Source of the DNA: Candidatus Aenigmatarchaeota archaeon
Lineage (GTDB): Archaea > Aenigmatarchaeota > Aenigmatarchaeia > QMZP01
DNA: 39,598 bases
Assembly (NCBI GenBank): GCA_015520105.1
Contig: WAQT01000033.1
Location: forward strand, 1-39,598
Direction of reading: 5' to 3'
Shown here: one piece after another, positions 18,973 to 28,522 of the stretch
How positions within the stretch are numbered: position 1 is the stretch's first letter
Layout: the number at the start of each line of letters is the position of its first letter
Program-made: the position numbers and the translations under genes
Notes under the pieces: model-generated
The model's database searches: none
What the model saw: only the letters and a program-made list of their open reading frames with translations
What the model was told of the DNA's origin: nothing

Positions 18973-19683
18973 ATGAAATATGTAGGAAGTATAGAAAAAT
19001 TCAGGGAAGAGCTAAAACAGAGAATTGGAGATAAATTAACAGCTTTGATAGTTTATGGTTCATGTGCAAATGGAACACCAGACGAATTCAGTGATATTGA
19101 TCTATGTGTTATTGTTAAAGATAAGAATGCAAAAACACTTGATGAAATAAGAAAATCATCCAAGACTGTGGAAAAGAGACCTTTCGTGGTTGTAATCGAC
19201 GAGAAGGAATTCGAGAGGAATATAAGAGCGGGAGACGTCTTCTACAAACACGAAGTTCTGCAAAAAGGAAAAATATCTTATGAAAGGGATGAGTATGTGT
19301 CACGGTTGCAAGATTGTATGAAATCAATGGAAGCTGATTTTGAATTGAACCAAGAGATTCAAAAAGAGCGGTACAATTATGAGAAGATTGGTTTTATGTG
19401 CGAGATGGAAAACGCTTTGGAAAGGCTTGTGTGGTGTTTCAGCGACCTTGTATACTTTAGACTTGCACAGACTCAAAAGGAACCTCAAGGGGTGGAAGAG
19501 GTGCCTTTCCTTATGGAGAGTGACGAAATTCTCATGGAATATGCCACGGACTTCATAAGAATTCGGGATCTATATAAAACATTTCGACACAGAAGAGGTG
19601 AATTTCCTTTCGAGGAATTAGGACGTTTCGTTAAACGGTTGCAGCAAATGGAAGACGAGATATTCAGGAGCGTGTCTAATTAA
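18973..19683 (+). CDS. Nucleotidyltransferase (MNT) domain protein with C-terminal helical, possibly HEPN-like, domain
   Basis: IVYGSCANG...SDIDLCVIV pol-beta motif; helical C-terminus with RDLYKTFRH. Confidence 0.8.
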   Translation: MKYVGSIEKFREELKQRIGDKLTALIVYGSCANGTPDEFSDIDLCVIVKDKNAKTLDEIRKSSKTVEKRPFVVVIDEKEFERNIRAGDVFYKHEVLQKGKISYERDEYVSRLQDCMKSMEADFELNQEIQKERYNYEKIGFMCEMENALERLVWCFSDLVYFRLAQTQKEPQGVEEVPFLMESDEILMEYATDFIRIRDLYKTFRHRRGEFPFEELGRFVKRLQQMEDEIFRSVSN

Positions 19684-19779
19684 TCTCTCCAAACCCATAT
19701 TATAAAGAGGGGTGATGCGAATCCGTACGGGCTGGATACCCACTTGTTTTGTTGAAAAATCTTTGTAAGGAGGTCAGCC

Positions 19780-19992
19780 ATGAGTGTACCTGTAAAACCA
19801 TTTGAACGTATTAACGGTCCTCTCAACGGCCCTGGCTACTCTTACGAATCTTGTGATGGGTATATGATTGATCGTTTCCGTTTCGATCCCGGACACCCAG
19901 GTTACCCAGATCCGCACATCAATTTTGAGCAGTTTGTCCAGAGCGGTGGCAGGTTCGATAGGATTGTGAACAGGCACATCCCTCACAAGTAA
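19780..19992 (+). CDS. Small hypothetical protein (70 aa), His-containing motif
   Basis: Strong SD AAGGAGGT before ATG, followed by a terminator-like hairpin. Confidence 0.7.
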   Translation: MSVPVKPFERINGPLNGPGYSYESCDGYMIDRFRFDPGHPGYPDPHINFEQFVQSGGRFDRIVNRHIPHK

Positions 19993-19998
19993 TGCCCA

Positions 19999-20050
19999 GG
20001 GGTGGGGTGTTTCGTCATCCCCACCCCCAAATTTTTAAGTTTTAAGTTTT
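19999..20050 (+). terminator. GC-rich hairpin followed by T tracts
   Basis: GGGGTGGGG (19999-20007) / CCCCACCCC (20019-20027), then TTTTTAAGTTTTAAGTTTT. Confidence 0.55.
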
Positions 20051-20061
20051 CAATTTGAAAC

Positions 20062-20409
20062 ATGGAAAAGATGGTTGCAGAGTCTCTGATTAAGAAGGGT
20101 GGTGCTGTTAGAATCAGGGTAAGGATGATGGATGGCGTACATCGATATCTCATAGGTTTTCTCTATGATATGGAGAAATGGGATGAAAAAAATCTAGAGA
20201 TTATTAGAAACGATCTGGACATGGATTTTGAGAATATCGAACCCTTCGAGGATTACTATCATATAAAAGGAAAGAAATACGATATACATATCATAGTGAT
20301 TGGGGGTAAGCGGGGTGATATTGAGATGGTAATATCTCCTCTGGACTCAGAGGCAATGTCTTCTTTGCTTGAACGAATTAAAGAGTATTTTGTGGTAAAA
20401 TCATATTAA
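20062..20409 (+). CDS. Hypothetical protein
   Basis: 115-aa ORF inside the mini-island; no recognised motif. Confidence 0.65.
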   Translation: MEKMVAESLIKKGGAVRIRVRMMDGVHRYLIGFLYDMEKWDEKNLEIIRNDLDMDFENIEPFEDYYHIKGKKYDIHIIVIGGKRGDIEMVISPLDSEAMSSLLERIKEYFVVKSY

Positions 20410-20458
20410 GAAAGTTCATTTTATTTTGTTTTGTCAAATTTACGGGATACAAGGCTCA

Positions 20459-20475
20459 AGTCCTCCCGGGCTCAT
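20459..20475 (+). repeat. attR-like duplicate of the tRNA-Arg 3' end
   Basis: Identical to 18731-18747. Confidence 0.8.
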
Positions 20476-20548
20476 TGCAGTCTCACAAGAGAGGCCTGCA
20501 GACGTAACGTTTTTTATATCTGCCGGACAACAGATAACCGGTGCTGGC

Positions 20549-22015
20549 ATGAGCGAGCAGAGAGAGGACATAGGCATTTCCCACAGCAAGAGCGAGTTCT
20601 CGGAATGGTTTTCGGAGGTGATAGCGAAGGCCGAGCTTTCGGACCTGCGCTACAACGTCAAGGGATTCGTGGTGTTCAGGCCGTGGTCAGTCCTCGCGAT
20701 GGAGGAGATGTACAGGCTCCTTGAGAAGGAGCTTAGAAGGAAAGGACATCTCCCGGTCTGGTTCCCTGCGGTTATACCCGAGGAGAACTTCGAGAAGGAG
20801 GCGGAGCACGTGGAGGGTTTCACCCCGGAGGTGTTCTGGGTCACGCATGCCGGAAACAAAAAACTGGAGAAGCGCCTTGCTCTTAGGCCGACCTCAGAGA
20901 CTGCGATGTACAGCATGTATTCTATATGGATAAGGTCGTGGAGGGATCTTCCCCTCAAACTATATCAAAGGGCTCAGGTGTGGAGGTACGAAACCAAGGC
21001 GACGAGGCCTTTCATACGCTCCAGGGAGTTTCACTGGATAGAGGCGCACGACGCTTTCGCGACTCTCGAGGAGGCCGAGGCGCAGGTCAGGGAGGACATG
21101 GACACCACCGAAAAGGTGATGCACCAGCAGTTCGGAGTGCCGTTCATATTCATGAAGAGGCCGGAATGGGACAAGTTCGCAGGAGCTGTTTATACCTACG
21201 CTGCTGACAGCCTGATGCCGGACGGAAGAATAATACAGCAGCCTTCTACGCACCTTCTTGGCCAGAACTTCTCCAAGCCCTTCGGAGTGAAGTTCAGGGA
21301 CAAGGAGGGAAAAGAAAGGTTTGCGTGGCAGACCTGCTACGGCCCCGCTGTCTCCAGGATATTCGCTTCGGTGATAGCGCTGCACGGAGACGACCGGGGT
21401 TTGAGGTTCCCGTTCTCCATAGCTCCCGTGCAGGTTGTGATAGTTCCTATAGCTTCCGACAGAAGCAAGGAGGTTATGAAGGCTTGCAGGAAGGTCATGG
21501 AACTCCTTCTTGAGAAGGATGTGAGGGTTCTCCTTGACGACTCCGAGAACACACCGGGCTGGAAGTTCAACCAGTGGGAGATGAAGGGAGTCCCGATACG
21601 CTTGGAGATAGGCCCGAAGGAGGCTGAAGGAGGATTCGCCACGCTGGTCAGGAGGGATAGCGGAGAAAAAAAGAAGGTTTCTCTGGAGAAGCTGGTTGAA
21701 ACGGTTAAGAAAGAGGGAGAGAGCATCACATCGAACCTTGTCAATGAGGCCGATGCGTTCTTCAGGAGGAACATGAGGAAGGCGTCAAACTGGGAGGAGC
21801 TTGAGAAGGAGATATCGAAAGGCGGGTTTGTGCGCGCGCCGTTCTGCTCAACAGGAATAGAGGGCGTGCCCTGCGCAGAAAAAATAAAGGAGAAGCTTCA
21901 CGGAGACGTGAGGGGCGAGAGGGCCGACAGGAAGGAAAGGCCCTCAAAAGGAGAGAGATGCGTCTCCTGCGGAAAGCCTGCCGGAGCGATAGTCTACATC
22001 GGAAGGCAGTATTGA
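20549..22015 (+). CDS. proS: Proline--tRNA ligase (archaeal/eukaryotic type)
   Basis: FSEWF, LRPTSET, WRYETKATRPFIRSREF, EKF-like DKFAGA, HLLGQNFS, PGWKFNQWEMKGVP, C-terminal zinc site and terminal Tyr; start set to ATG 20549. Confidence 0.96.
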   Translation: MSEQREDIGISHSKSEFSEWFSEVIAKAELSDLRYNVKGFVVFRPWSVLAMEEMYRLLEKELRRKGHLPVWFPAVIPEENFEKEAEHVEGFTPEVFWVTHAGNKKLEKRLALRPTSETAMYSMYSIWIRSWRDLPLKLYQRAQVWRYETKATRPFIRSREFHWIEAHDAFATLEEAEAQVREDMDTTEKVMHQQFGVPFIFMKRPEWDKFAGAVYTYAADSLMPDGRIIQQPSTHLLGQNFSKPFGVKFRDKEGKERFAWQTCYGPAVSRIFASVIALHGDDRGLRFPFSIAPVQVVIVPIASDRSKEVMKACRKVMELLLEKDVRVLLDDSENTPGWKFNQWEMKGVPIRLEIGPKEAEGGFATLVRRDSGEKKKVSLEKLVETVKKEGESITSNLVNEADAFFRRNMRKASNWEELEKEISKGGFVRAPFCSTGIEGVPCAEKIKEKLHGDVRGERADRKERPSKGERCVSCGKPAGAIVYIGRQY

Positions 22016-22381
22016 TTCATCCTTTGTTTCTACATACTCTATGGGAATGCCCCATTCATCGGCTATCCGGGACAGCATCTCCGAGACGTCATGCACATTA
22101 TGGCAGCACTCAAGCTTTCCTGTGGTTATCATCCTGGCCGGGACGCTCCTTTTCCTCGACAGGACAAGCGTGCCCACGGATTCCGCAGACTCAAGCCTTG
22201 AATAGTCGGTTGTCCCGAAGAACTTCTCCCAGAAACCGTAAACGCTCCTGCAGTGGACAGTCCCGGTTCCCGGCAGTATGTCCTTTAAGCTCTCGTAATC
22301 CTCCCGGGTGCCGACAAAAAGCACCCTGTCGGAAGTGTAGGCGCTTCCAACGTCCGGGTCTTCGTATATGCTCTTTCTCAT
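21944..22381 (-). CDS. Hypothetical protein
   Basis: SD GAGGTGA upstream of ATG; overlaps the proS 3' end by 72 nt tail-to-tail. Confidence 0.6.
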   Translation of the reverse strand: MRKSIYEDPDVGSAYTSDRVLFVGTREDYESLKDILPGTGTVHCRSVYGFWEKFFGTTDYSRLESAESVGTLVLSRKRSVPARMITTGKLECCHNVHDVSEMLSRIADEWGIPIEYVETKDESILPSDVDYRSGRLSAGDASLSF

Positions 22382-22502
22382 GAAATCACCTCATAAATAG
22401 TGGCATTAAACTTTTAAGTGTATATCTCTCCGGAATCGCACTGCGGGAGATTTATAAATACAGCCTTCACAATATACTAAAACCGTTTCAAGAGGGTTTC
22501 TG

Positions 22503-23144
22503 ATGGTAGTGAGGCATTTCAGGGTGATGAAGAACAGGATAGGTTCTTTGATACGCTCCCTGTTCAGGAAGAGGAAGGAGATAAAGATAGGCCTCTACGG
22601 CCCTGTGAACTCAGGGAAGACCACGCTCGCGAACAGGATATGCATGGACTGGCTCGGGGAGGAGCTTGGAGTCGCTTCCGTCGTTCCCCATGAGACCAGG
22701 GAGATACAGATGAAGGAGAGCGTGACCATAGAGGAGGACGGAAAGAAGCTCACGTTCAACCTCGTGGACACTCCCGGAATAGCGACGAAGATAGACTTCG
22801 AGGACTTCGTAAAGGCCGGCCTCAAGAAGAAAGAGGCAAAGGAGAGAGCGAGAGAAGCGACAAAGGGCGTGATAGAGGCCATAAAGTGGCTGGACAAGAT
22901 GGACCTCGTGCTTGTCGTGCTAGACTCCACCAAGGACCCGGTCAATCAGGTTAACATAACCATTCTAGGAAACCTGGATGCAAGGGACATACCAGTCATA
23001 ATCGTCGGGAACAAGATAGACCTGAAAAACTCCAACCTTGCGCTGATAAGGAACGCATTCCCGAAGTACAAGATAGTCGGCATAAGCGCGAAGACAGGAG
23101 AGAACATAAAGGAATTGTATAAAGCTCTGCTGAGGGAACTATGA
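22503..23144 (+). CDS. oapA: Era-like small GTPase, OapA type
   Basis: G1 GPVNSGKT, PHETRE, G3 DTPG, G4 NKID, G5 SAK, AREATKGVIEAIKWL; followed by a DUF2073 gene. Confidence 0.85.
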   Translation: MVVRHFRVMKNRIGSLIRSLFRKRKEIKIGLYGPVNSGKTTLANRICMDWLGEELGVASVVPHETREIQMKESVTIEEDGKKLTFNLVDTPGIATKIDFEDFVKAGLKKKEAKERAREATKGVIEAIKWLDKMDLVLVVLDSTKDPVNQVNITILGNLDARDIPVIIVGNKIDLKNSNLALIRNAFPKYKIVGISAKTGENIKELYKALLREL

Positions 23145-23503
23145 AGGAGAAGAACCTTAGGATAAAGTTCGTGCCGTACGAGAAGCTCAAGGAGCAGAAG
23201 TTCAACGGCATAATAAGGGACCTGAAACACAACACGATAATAATGGTGGATGCCAAGCTCAATGCCAAGGAGGAGGCGCAGATAATAGCCGAGACCATGA
23301 GGAACGTCTCCGAGGACTTCTCGGGAATAGAGTTCGGCTCCATAGACCTGGGAGCAGAGAGCGGAAAAGGGAACCTCTCGAAGATAAAGGGCGCGCTTAT
23401 AGAGAGGATAATAGGAAGAAAGAGGGGAGTGACGATAATAGGCCCCGCCAACGTGGTCAGAAAGATAAAGAAAAACCCCAAGGAGCTGCTTTTGCATTTG
23501 TAA
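23141..23503 (+). CDS. oapB: DUF2073 protein, OapB type
   Basis: EEAQIIAETM, FSGIE, GVTIIGPANVVRKIKK; ATGA overlap with the GTPase. Confidence 0.8.
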   Translation: MKEKNLRIKFVPYEKLKEQKFNGIIRDLKHNTIIMVDAKLNAKEEAQIIAETMRNVSEDFSGIEFGSIDLGAESGKGNLSKIKGALIERIIGRKRGVTIIGPANVVRKIKKNPKELLLHL

Positions 23504-23559
23504 CCACAGCGCCCGCCTCAGGGCCAACTAATAAATTCCGCCTTTGAGAATAAGATTAT

Positions 23560-24468
23560 ATGACCATGATTCCGGAGATAGAGAGGATTGTCAGGGACAT
23601 AAAGAACCTCAAGGTTCAGGGCTCCACCGATGTCTCTGCTGCGGGAGTGGAGTGCCTGAGGATAGCCGCATCAAAAAGCAGGGCGAAGAACAAGGGAGAG
23701 TTCATAAACCAGCTGAGGGACCTTGCAGAGAGAATATCTAAAGTGAGGGTCACGGAGCCCGCGCTGAGGAATGCCCTGAAATACGTCATAATGAAGGCAT
23801 CCCTGCATGAAGATTTTGGAAGCATAAAGGAGTACACAGTCCAGGTGTGCAAGAATTACATTCACCAGATAAGGGATTTCATAAAGGAGATATCCGAGAT
23901 AGGGTCGGAGATGATAGAGGACGGCGACGTCATACTCACGCACTGCCACTCAGACAATGTAACCGGAATTCTTATCGAGGCTAAGAGGAAGGGAAAGAGA
24001 TTCAGGGCGATAGTGACAGAGACCAGGCCGATGTATCAGGGATTGATGACTGTCAAAGACCTGATGAATGCCGGGATAGAGGTCACGCTCTGCGTGGACG
24101 CCGCTATAGGGTATGTGATGAAGGAGGTTACGAAAGTCCTTGTGGGAGTGGACGCAATCCTTGCGGACGGCTCGATAGTGAACAAGATCGGAACGTTTCC
24201 GATCGCGGTGATGGCGAAGGAGTTCGGAGTCCCTTTCTACGTTGCCGGCGGGACGTACAAATTCGACCCGGACACAGTGCATGGAAAGAAAGAACCGATA
24301 GAGAACAGGGATCCGTCAGAGGTTGCGGACCCGAAGAAGTTCCCGGGAGTGAAAATAATAAATCCTGCGTTTGATGTCACGCCATCGAAATTCGTGACAG
24401 GCCTCATTACAGAAAGGGGCATGACAAAACCGGAATGGATAAGGGAGATAGCCGAGGACATGGTGTGA
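23560..24468 (+). CDS. Ribose-1,5-bisphosphate isomerase (eIF2B-alpha-like family)
   Basis: VQGS, RVTEPALRN, THCHS (catalytic Cys), ETRP, GVDAI (catalytic Asp), NKIGT, NPAFDVTP. Confidence 0.85.
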   Translation: MTMIPEIERIVRDIKNLKVQGSTDVSAAGVECLRIAASKSRAKNKGEFINQLRDLAERISKVRVTEPALRNALKYVIMKASLHEDFGSIKEYTVQVCKNYIHQIRDFIKEISEIGSEMIEDGDVILTHCHSDNVTGILIEAKRKGKRFRAIVTETRPMYQGLMTVKDLMNAGIEVTLCVDAAIGYVMKEVTKVLVGVDAILADGSIVNKIGTFPIAVMAKEFGVPFYVAGGTYKFDPDTVHGKKEPIENRDPSEVADPKKFPGVKIINPAFDVTPSKFVTGLITERGMTKPEWIREIAEDMV

Positions 24469-24523
24469 GCGTTATACGATCACAACTCCATGGCTTTGGT
24501 TTAGAGATTATTCGTCCATGCAG

Positions 24524-24748
24524 TCACTGTTCTTGCATCCGTCTGCCGCGATATTCCAGAATTCTTTCATGAGCCTTTCTGAATGAGAGAATGGGAACGT
24601 AATCCGTGATTCTGGAGTCCTTAAACAGGTTGGCAACTTCATTATAATATATATCCCTTATCTCGCCTTCCTCTAACACCTCTCCGAACTTCTCTACAAG
24701 CCTTGCTATATTGGCGGTATGATGTCTTTCCAAGCTTTTGTATGACAT
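24524..24748 (-). CDS. Small three-helix-bundle protein (DUF3562-like)
   Basis: F..SRITDYVPIL...A..RI pattern. Confidence 0.6.
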   Translation of the reverse strand: MSYKSLERHHTANIARLVEKFGEVLEEGEIRDIYYNEVANLFKDSRITDYVPILSFRKAHERILEYRGRRMQEQ

Positions 24749-24779
24749 CGTATCTGATTATCTTATATCATCAAGATAT

Positions 24780-26009
24780 TTATTTCTTGTTTTCTCCTGC
24801 CTTCTTACCGCTCTCTGATTTGGTCTTTGTTTTCCCCTTCTTTGCGGCTGAGGCTGTTCCGGCCTTCTTCTTCGTCTTCTTCTCTCCGGAAGCCTTCTGG
24901 CCCGCAAGCTCCGGTATCCTTCCGACAAGTTCGAACGCCCCCGTCCCTATAGGAGCGACCTGATTCATCATTATGTTCTCTATCGTACCCCTCAGCTCAT
25001 CCTTCTCGCCCCTTACGGAGGCCCCGACAAGGTGTTTCTTGGTCTCCTCGAAAGACGCCCTGACAAGAACCGAAGCCTTCTGCCCGGATATTCCGTATCT
25101 TCCTATAGCCTTTATCTCACCGTCCACGGTCATCAGGTCCGCAAGAAGCATAATGTAGCGTATGTCTATTCCGAGACCCTGTTCCTCTATAGTGTATTTC
25201 GACTGGTTCATGATGGCGTTTCTCGCTGCCTCAACTCCGAGAACGTCGTATATTTCGAATATGTTGTTGCTCACTGTCCTTGTGTAATCAACCCCCTCTA
25301 TTGCAAACACCTTCGCGAGGTTCGAGCCGAGAGTGGTTATTATCCACTCGTCGCCCTCCTTAGTGACCACGACCTGCGATATGCCCTTTATTCCCTTTAT
25401 GTGGCTCTCAAGAACCGAATACTTGAACTTGTGTATGGTCTTGAGGTCAGCGTTTTTGGGTTTCACTACAAGCTCGTCCCCCTCGAGAGAGGTTTCAACG
25501 TTCCTCAGTTTTATAATCTTGTGCGCCTTCTCTCTCGGTATGCCAAGCTCTTCGAGTTTCTCGAAGTTCAGCCTGCATCTTATGAAGAGGTCTGTGAGGT
25601 CAACCACTGTTGAGAGGATTGCATCCTTTGCCTTGACCTCCCTTATCTGTTCAGCTATCTTCCTGACCTTCTCTATATCCTGATAGTCCTTCTCCAGCCT
25701 TATCGTCATTGTCGGGGTCTTCGGCTCCTTCCTGGCATCGAATATCTCAAGAAGCCGCGGAAGGCCGAGTGTGACCTGGATACCAGCGGTTCCTGCAAAG
25801 TGGTAGGTACGCATGGTCATCTGAGTCGCGGGTTCCGAGAGAGACTGGGCAGCCACCACGCCGACAGGCTCCTCTGCATCATAAAGGGATTTTGAATAGA
25901 GTTCCCTTGCTGTCTCCATAATCTTCTGTCTCTTCTGTTCGCTGAGCTTCTTCCTTTCAGCGTATTCCTCTATCTCCCTGACTATTTTTGGAGGCAGTCC
26001 TGTCATATC
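24780..26009 (-). CDS. rpoA2: RNA polymerase subunit A'' (Rpo1C)
   Basis: AAQSLSEPATQMTMRTYHFAG, TLGLPRL, RASFE; Lys-rich tail; SD GGTGA precedes ATG 26009. Confidence 0.96.
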   Translation of the reverse strand, partial: DMTGLPPKIVREIEEYAERKKLSEQKRQKIMETARELYSKSLYDAEEPVGVVAAQSLSEPATQMTMRTYHFAGTAGIQVTLGLPRLLEIFDARKEPKTPTMTIRLEKDYQDIEKVRKIAEQIREVKAKDAILSTVVDLTDLFIRCRLNFEKLEELGIPREKAHKIIKLRNVETSLEGDELVVKPKNADLKTIHKFKYSVLESHIKGIKGISQVVVTKEGDEWIITTLGSNLAKVFAIEGVDYTRTVSNNIFEIYDVLGVEAARNAIMNQSKYTIEEQGLGIDIRYIMLLADLMTVDGEIKAIGRYGISGQKASVLVRASFEETKKHLVGASVRGEKDELRGTIENIMMNQVAPIGTGAFELVGRIPELAGQKASGEKKTKKKAGTASAAKKGKTKTKSESGKKAGENKK

Positions 26010-28521
26010 AATCACCCATGTACTCCTTCCATCTTATCTCTCCCCAGTCCGACTTTGTGGGGTCCACCCCGTCCTCTCCTGCAGTGAATTGCACTATCTG
26101 GTTGTAGGCATTCCTGACGCTTCTGTCCTCAAACACCTTGAGGTCCTGAAGAGCGTTAACGAGCCTTCTCTGCATGTATCCTGACTTTCTCGTTCTCAGG
26201 GACTTGTCCATAAGACCTTCCCGGCCGTTCATTATGTTCCAGAACACCTCGAAAGGCGTGAGGCCTTCCTTGAATCCCCTTGAGACGAAACCGTGAGACA
26301 TTGGGGAAAGGTCGTTTCTGGTGAAGTGAGGAAGGGTTCTTCCGAGATATCCTCCCATTATCCTCTTTCCGAGCACTGTCTCCTGCCCGACCACAGCTGT
26401 CATCTGCGTGGTGTTTATGAGCGACCCTTTCGCTCCGGACTCGAACATCACTATTATATCGGAATACTTTATGTTCTCGGAAACTATATCGCTCACTCCG
26501 CTCACTGCAGACGCAAGTGTGTTTAGTATCTGCGCCTCAAGAGACTCCTTCTTCGTCATTCCGGGAAGTATGTTCAGGGTTCCCTCATTGTACTGCTCGA
26601 TAAGGCTGTTGGAATCCTCTTCCGCCTTCTTTATCATCTTCTGGATGTCCTTGTGTATTCCTTCCGGAAGGTCGAGGTCTGAGAGGCCTATGGAGAAGCC
26701 CCTTCTCATGAGATAAGCCACACCAAGCCTTCCGTACTGGTCAATGAGATCCTTCAGTGTTTCGTTGTCCAGCTCCCTTCGCAGCCTGACGAGAAGCTTT
26801 CCCTTGAACGCCCCCACAGCCTTCGTGTCAATCCTTCCTGACACAACCTCTCCGTTCCTTATCCTGACCCAGCCATCGTTTGGGCACTCATGAGGGCCTT
26901 TCTCGTCGCACTTGCAGCAGTTTGCCCTGAACTCGAGGTTGACTGCCTTGGGGAGAAGAAGGCTGAATATCTCCTTTCCTGTGAACCTCTCCTTCTGCGG
27001 AAGTTCTATATCTATCGACGCATCTGCAAGAAGCTGGGCAGCCTCCTCTCTCGAGAAGGAGACATCGTCTCCTGTCAGGAGGTAGATGCCTGATATCTGG
27101 TCAAGGTCGAGTCCTATGATAGGACCTCCGAACTTGGGTGATATTAGGTTGTTCTTCACGTCCATCAGCATCTTCGCCTCAACCCTTGCCTCCTCGGTCT
27201 GCATGACATGCAGGTTCATCTCGTCTCCGTCAAAATCCGCGTTGTAGGGAGGACATACGCTTGGATTGAGCCTGAACGTCTTGTGGGGCATGACTTTCGC
27301 ATAATGCCCCATTATGGATATCCTGTGAAGGGAGGGTTGCCTGTTGAATATAGTTACGTCTCCATCCCTCAGCTGCCTCTCCACCTGCCAGCCCGGGCCT
27401 ATGTTGGCCACTATGTCCTTCTTGTTGTCGGGAGTGACCTTTATCCTCCTGCCGTCCGGCCTCACGACATAGTTCACAAGGTCGTTGTCAAACAGGGATT
27501 TTATGTATTTCCTGTTCATCTCAGTGACATACTCCGGAATCGTGAGTTCCTTCGCAACACTCTCCGGAACCCCGACCTCGTTTATGGAGAGCCTCGGGTC
27601 AGGGGATATCACAGTTCTTGCAGAGAAATTCACCCTCTTTCCGAGGAGGTTTCCCCTTATCCTTCCCTCTTTCGCCTTCAGCCTCTGGACAAGGCCTTTG
27701 AGAGGCCTTCCAGACCTGTGCCTCGCCAGTGGGACGCCTGTGAGCTCATTGTCGAAGTATGTGGAGATGTGGTACTGCACAAGCTCCCAGAGGTCGCTTA
27801 TTATGAAATCCGGAGCGCCTATGTCTATGTTCTCCTTCAGGCTCTGGTTTATCCTGACTATATCAACAAGCTTATGGGTGAGGTCGTCCTCCGATCTCTC
27901 TCCGCTCTCAAGCGTTATGCTCGGCCTCATTGTCACAGGCGGTATGGGGAAGAGCGTGATGAGCAGCCATTCCGGCCTTCCTCCCCGGAACTTCACCTTC
28001 TTCAGGTCTGAATCCGGTATCTTCTCGAACCTCTCCCTTATCTCTATGGGGTCGAGTTCCTTCTTGTCCTCATAATAAACATAGGGCTTCACGAACGTTA
28101 TCTTCTTCTGGTCTGCTCCGCAGTGCGGGCACTTCGACGGGATGGTTATGCTCTTCTCGAGCGACTTCTTCATCCTCTTCTTTGACTTCTCGTCCTTCTC
28201 CTCCGTGACTATCATTATCCTGCTGCATTTCCGGCACGTCATCTTAAGAAGCTGATAGATTGTCTTGGTATAGAGAACGTGAACAACCGGTTTTGCAAGC
28301 TCGAGGTATCCGAAGTGGCCAGTACATTCCCCTATTCCCCCGCCGCATGTCCTGCAGTAGAGACCGGGGTCTATCACTCCCATCCTCGGGTCCATCACTC
28401 CGCCTTCCACGGGATAGCCGTCGGCATCGTAGAGGTCTGATGTCACGACCCTGACCCTCGCTATAGACCTGACCACATCAGGCGAGAGTATCCCGAACAG
28501 TATGCTTTTTATCCTGTACAT
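26008..28521 (-). CDS. rpoA1: RNA polymerase subunit A' (Rpo1N)
   Basis: GHFG, RGNLLGKRVNFSAR, NRQPSLH, catalytic NADFDGD, SGYMQRRL. Confidence 0.97.
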   Translation of the reverse strand: MYRIKSILFGILSPDVVRSIARVRVVTSDLYDADGYPVEGGVMDPRMGVIDPGLYCRTCGGGIGECTGHFGYLELAKPVVHVLYTKTIYQLLKMTCRKCSRIMIVTEEKDEKSKKRMKKSLEKSITIPSKCPHCGADQKKITFVKPYVYYEDKKELDPIEIRERFEKIPDSDLKKVKFRGGRPEWLLITLFPIPPVTMRPSITLESGERSEDDLTHKLVDIVRINQSLKENIDIGAPDFIISDLWELVQYHISTYFDNELTGVPLARHRSGRPLKGLVQRLKAKEGRIRGNLLGKRVNFSARTVISPDPRLSINEVGVPESVAKELTIPEYVTEMNRKYIKSLFDNDLVNYVVRPDGRRIKVTPDNKKDIVANIGPGWQVERQLRDGDVTIFNRQPSLHRISIMGHYAKVMPHKTFRLNPSVCPPYNADFDGDEMNLHVMQTEEARVEAKMLMDVKNNLISPKFGGPIIGLDLDQISGIYLLTGDDVSFSREEAAQLLADASIDIELPQKERFTGKEIFSLLLPKAVNLEFRANCCKCDEKGPHECPNDGWVRIRNGEVVSGRIDTKAVGAFKGKLLVRLRRELDNETLKDLIDQYGRLGVAYLMRRGFSIGLSDLDLPEGIHKDIQKMIKKAEEDSNSLIEQYNEGTLNILPGMTKKESLEAQILNTLASAVSGVSDIVSENIKYSDIIVMFESGAKGSLINTTQMTAVVGQETVLGKRIMGGYLGRTLPHFTRNDLSPMSHGFVSRGFKEGLTPFEVFWNIMNGREGLMDKSLRTRKSGYMQRRLVNALQDLKVFEDRSVRNAYNQIVQFTAGEDGVDPTKSDWGEIRWKEYMGD

Positions 28522-28522
28522 G

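Larger units (their letters stand above)
18731..20475. mobile_element. Integrase-less mini-island at the tRNA-Arg 3' end
   Basis: Bounded by exact 17-bp direct repeat AGTCCTCCCGGGCTCAT (18731-18747 and 20459-20475), extending to 21/23 matches; interior visibly more AT-rich than flanks. Confidence 0.75.

Noticed and set aside
20426-20548. N-terminal extension of ProRS in the ORF track
   Set aside because: Starts at TTG and runs through the att-like repeat; ProRS similarity begins near ATG 20549
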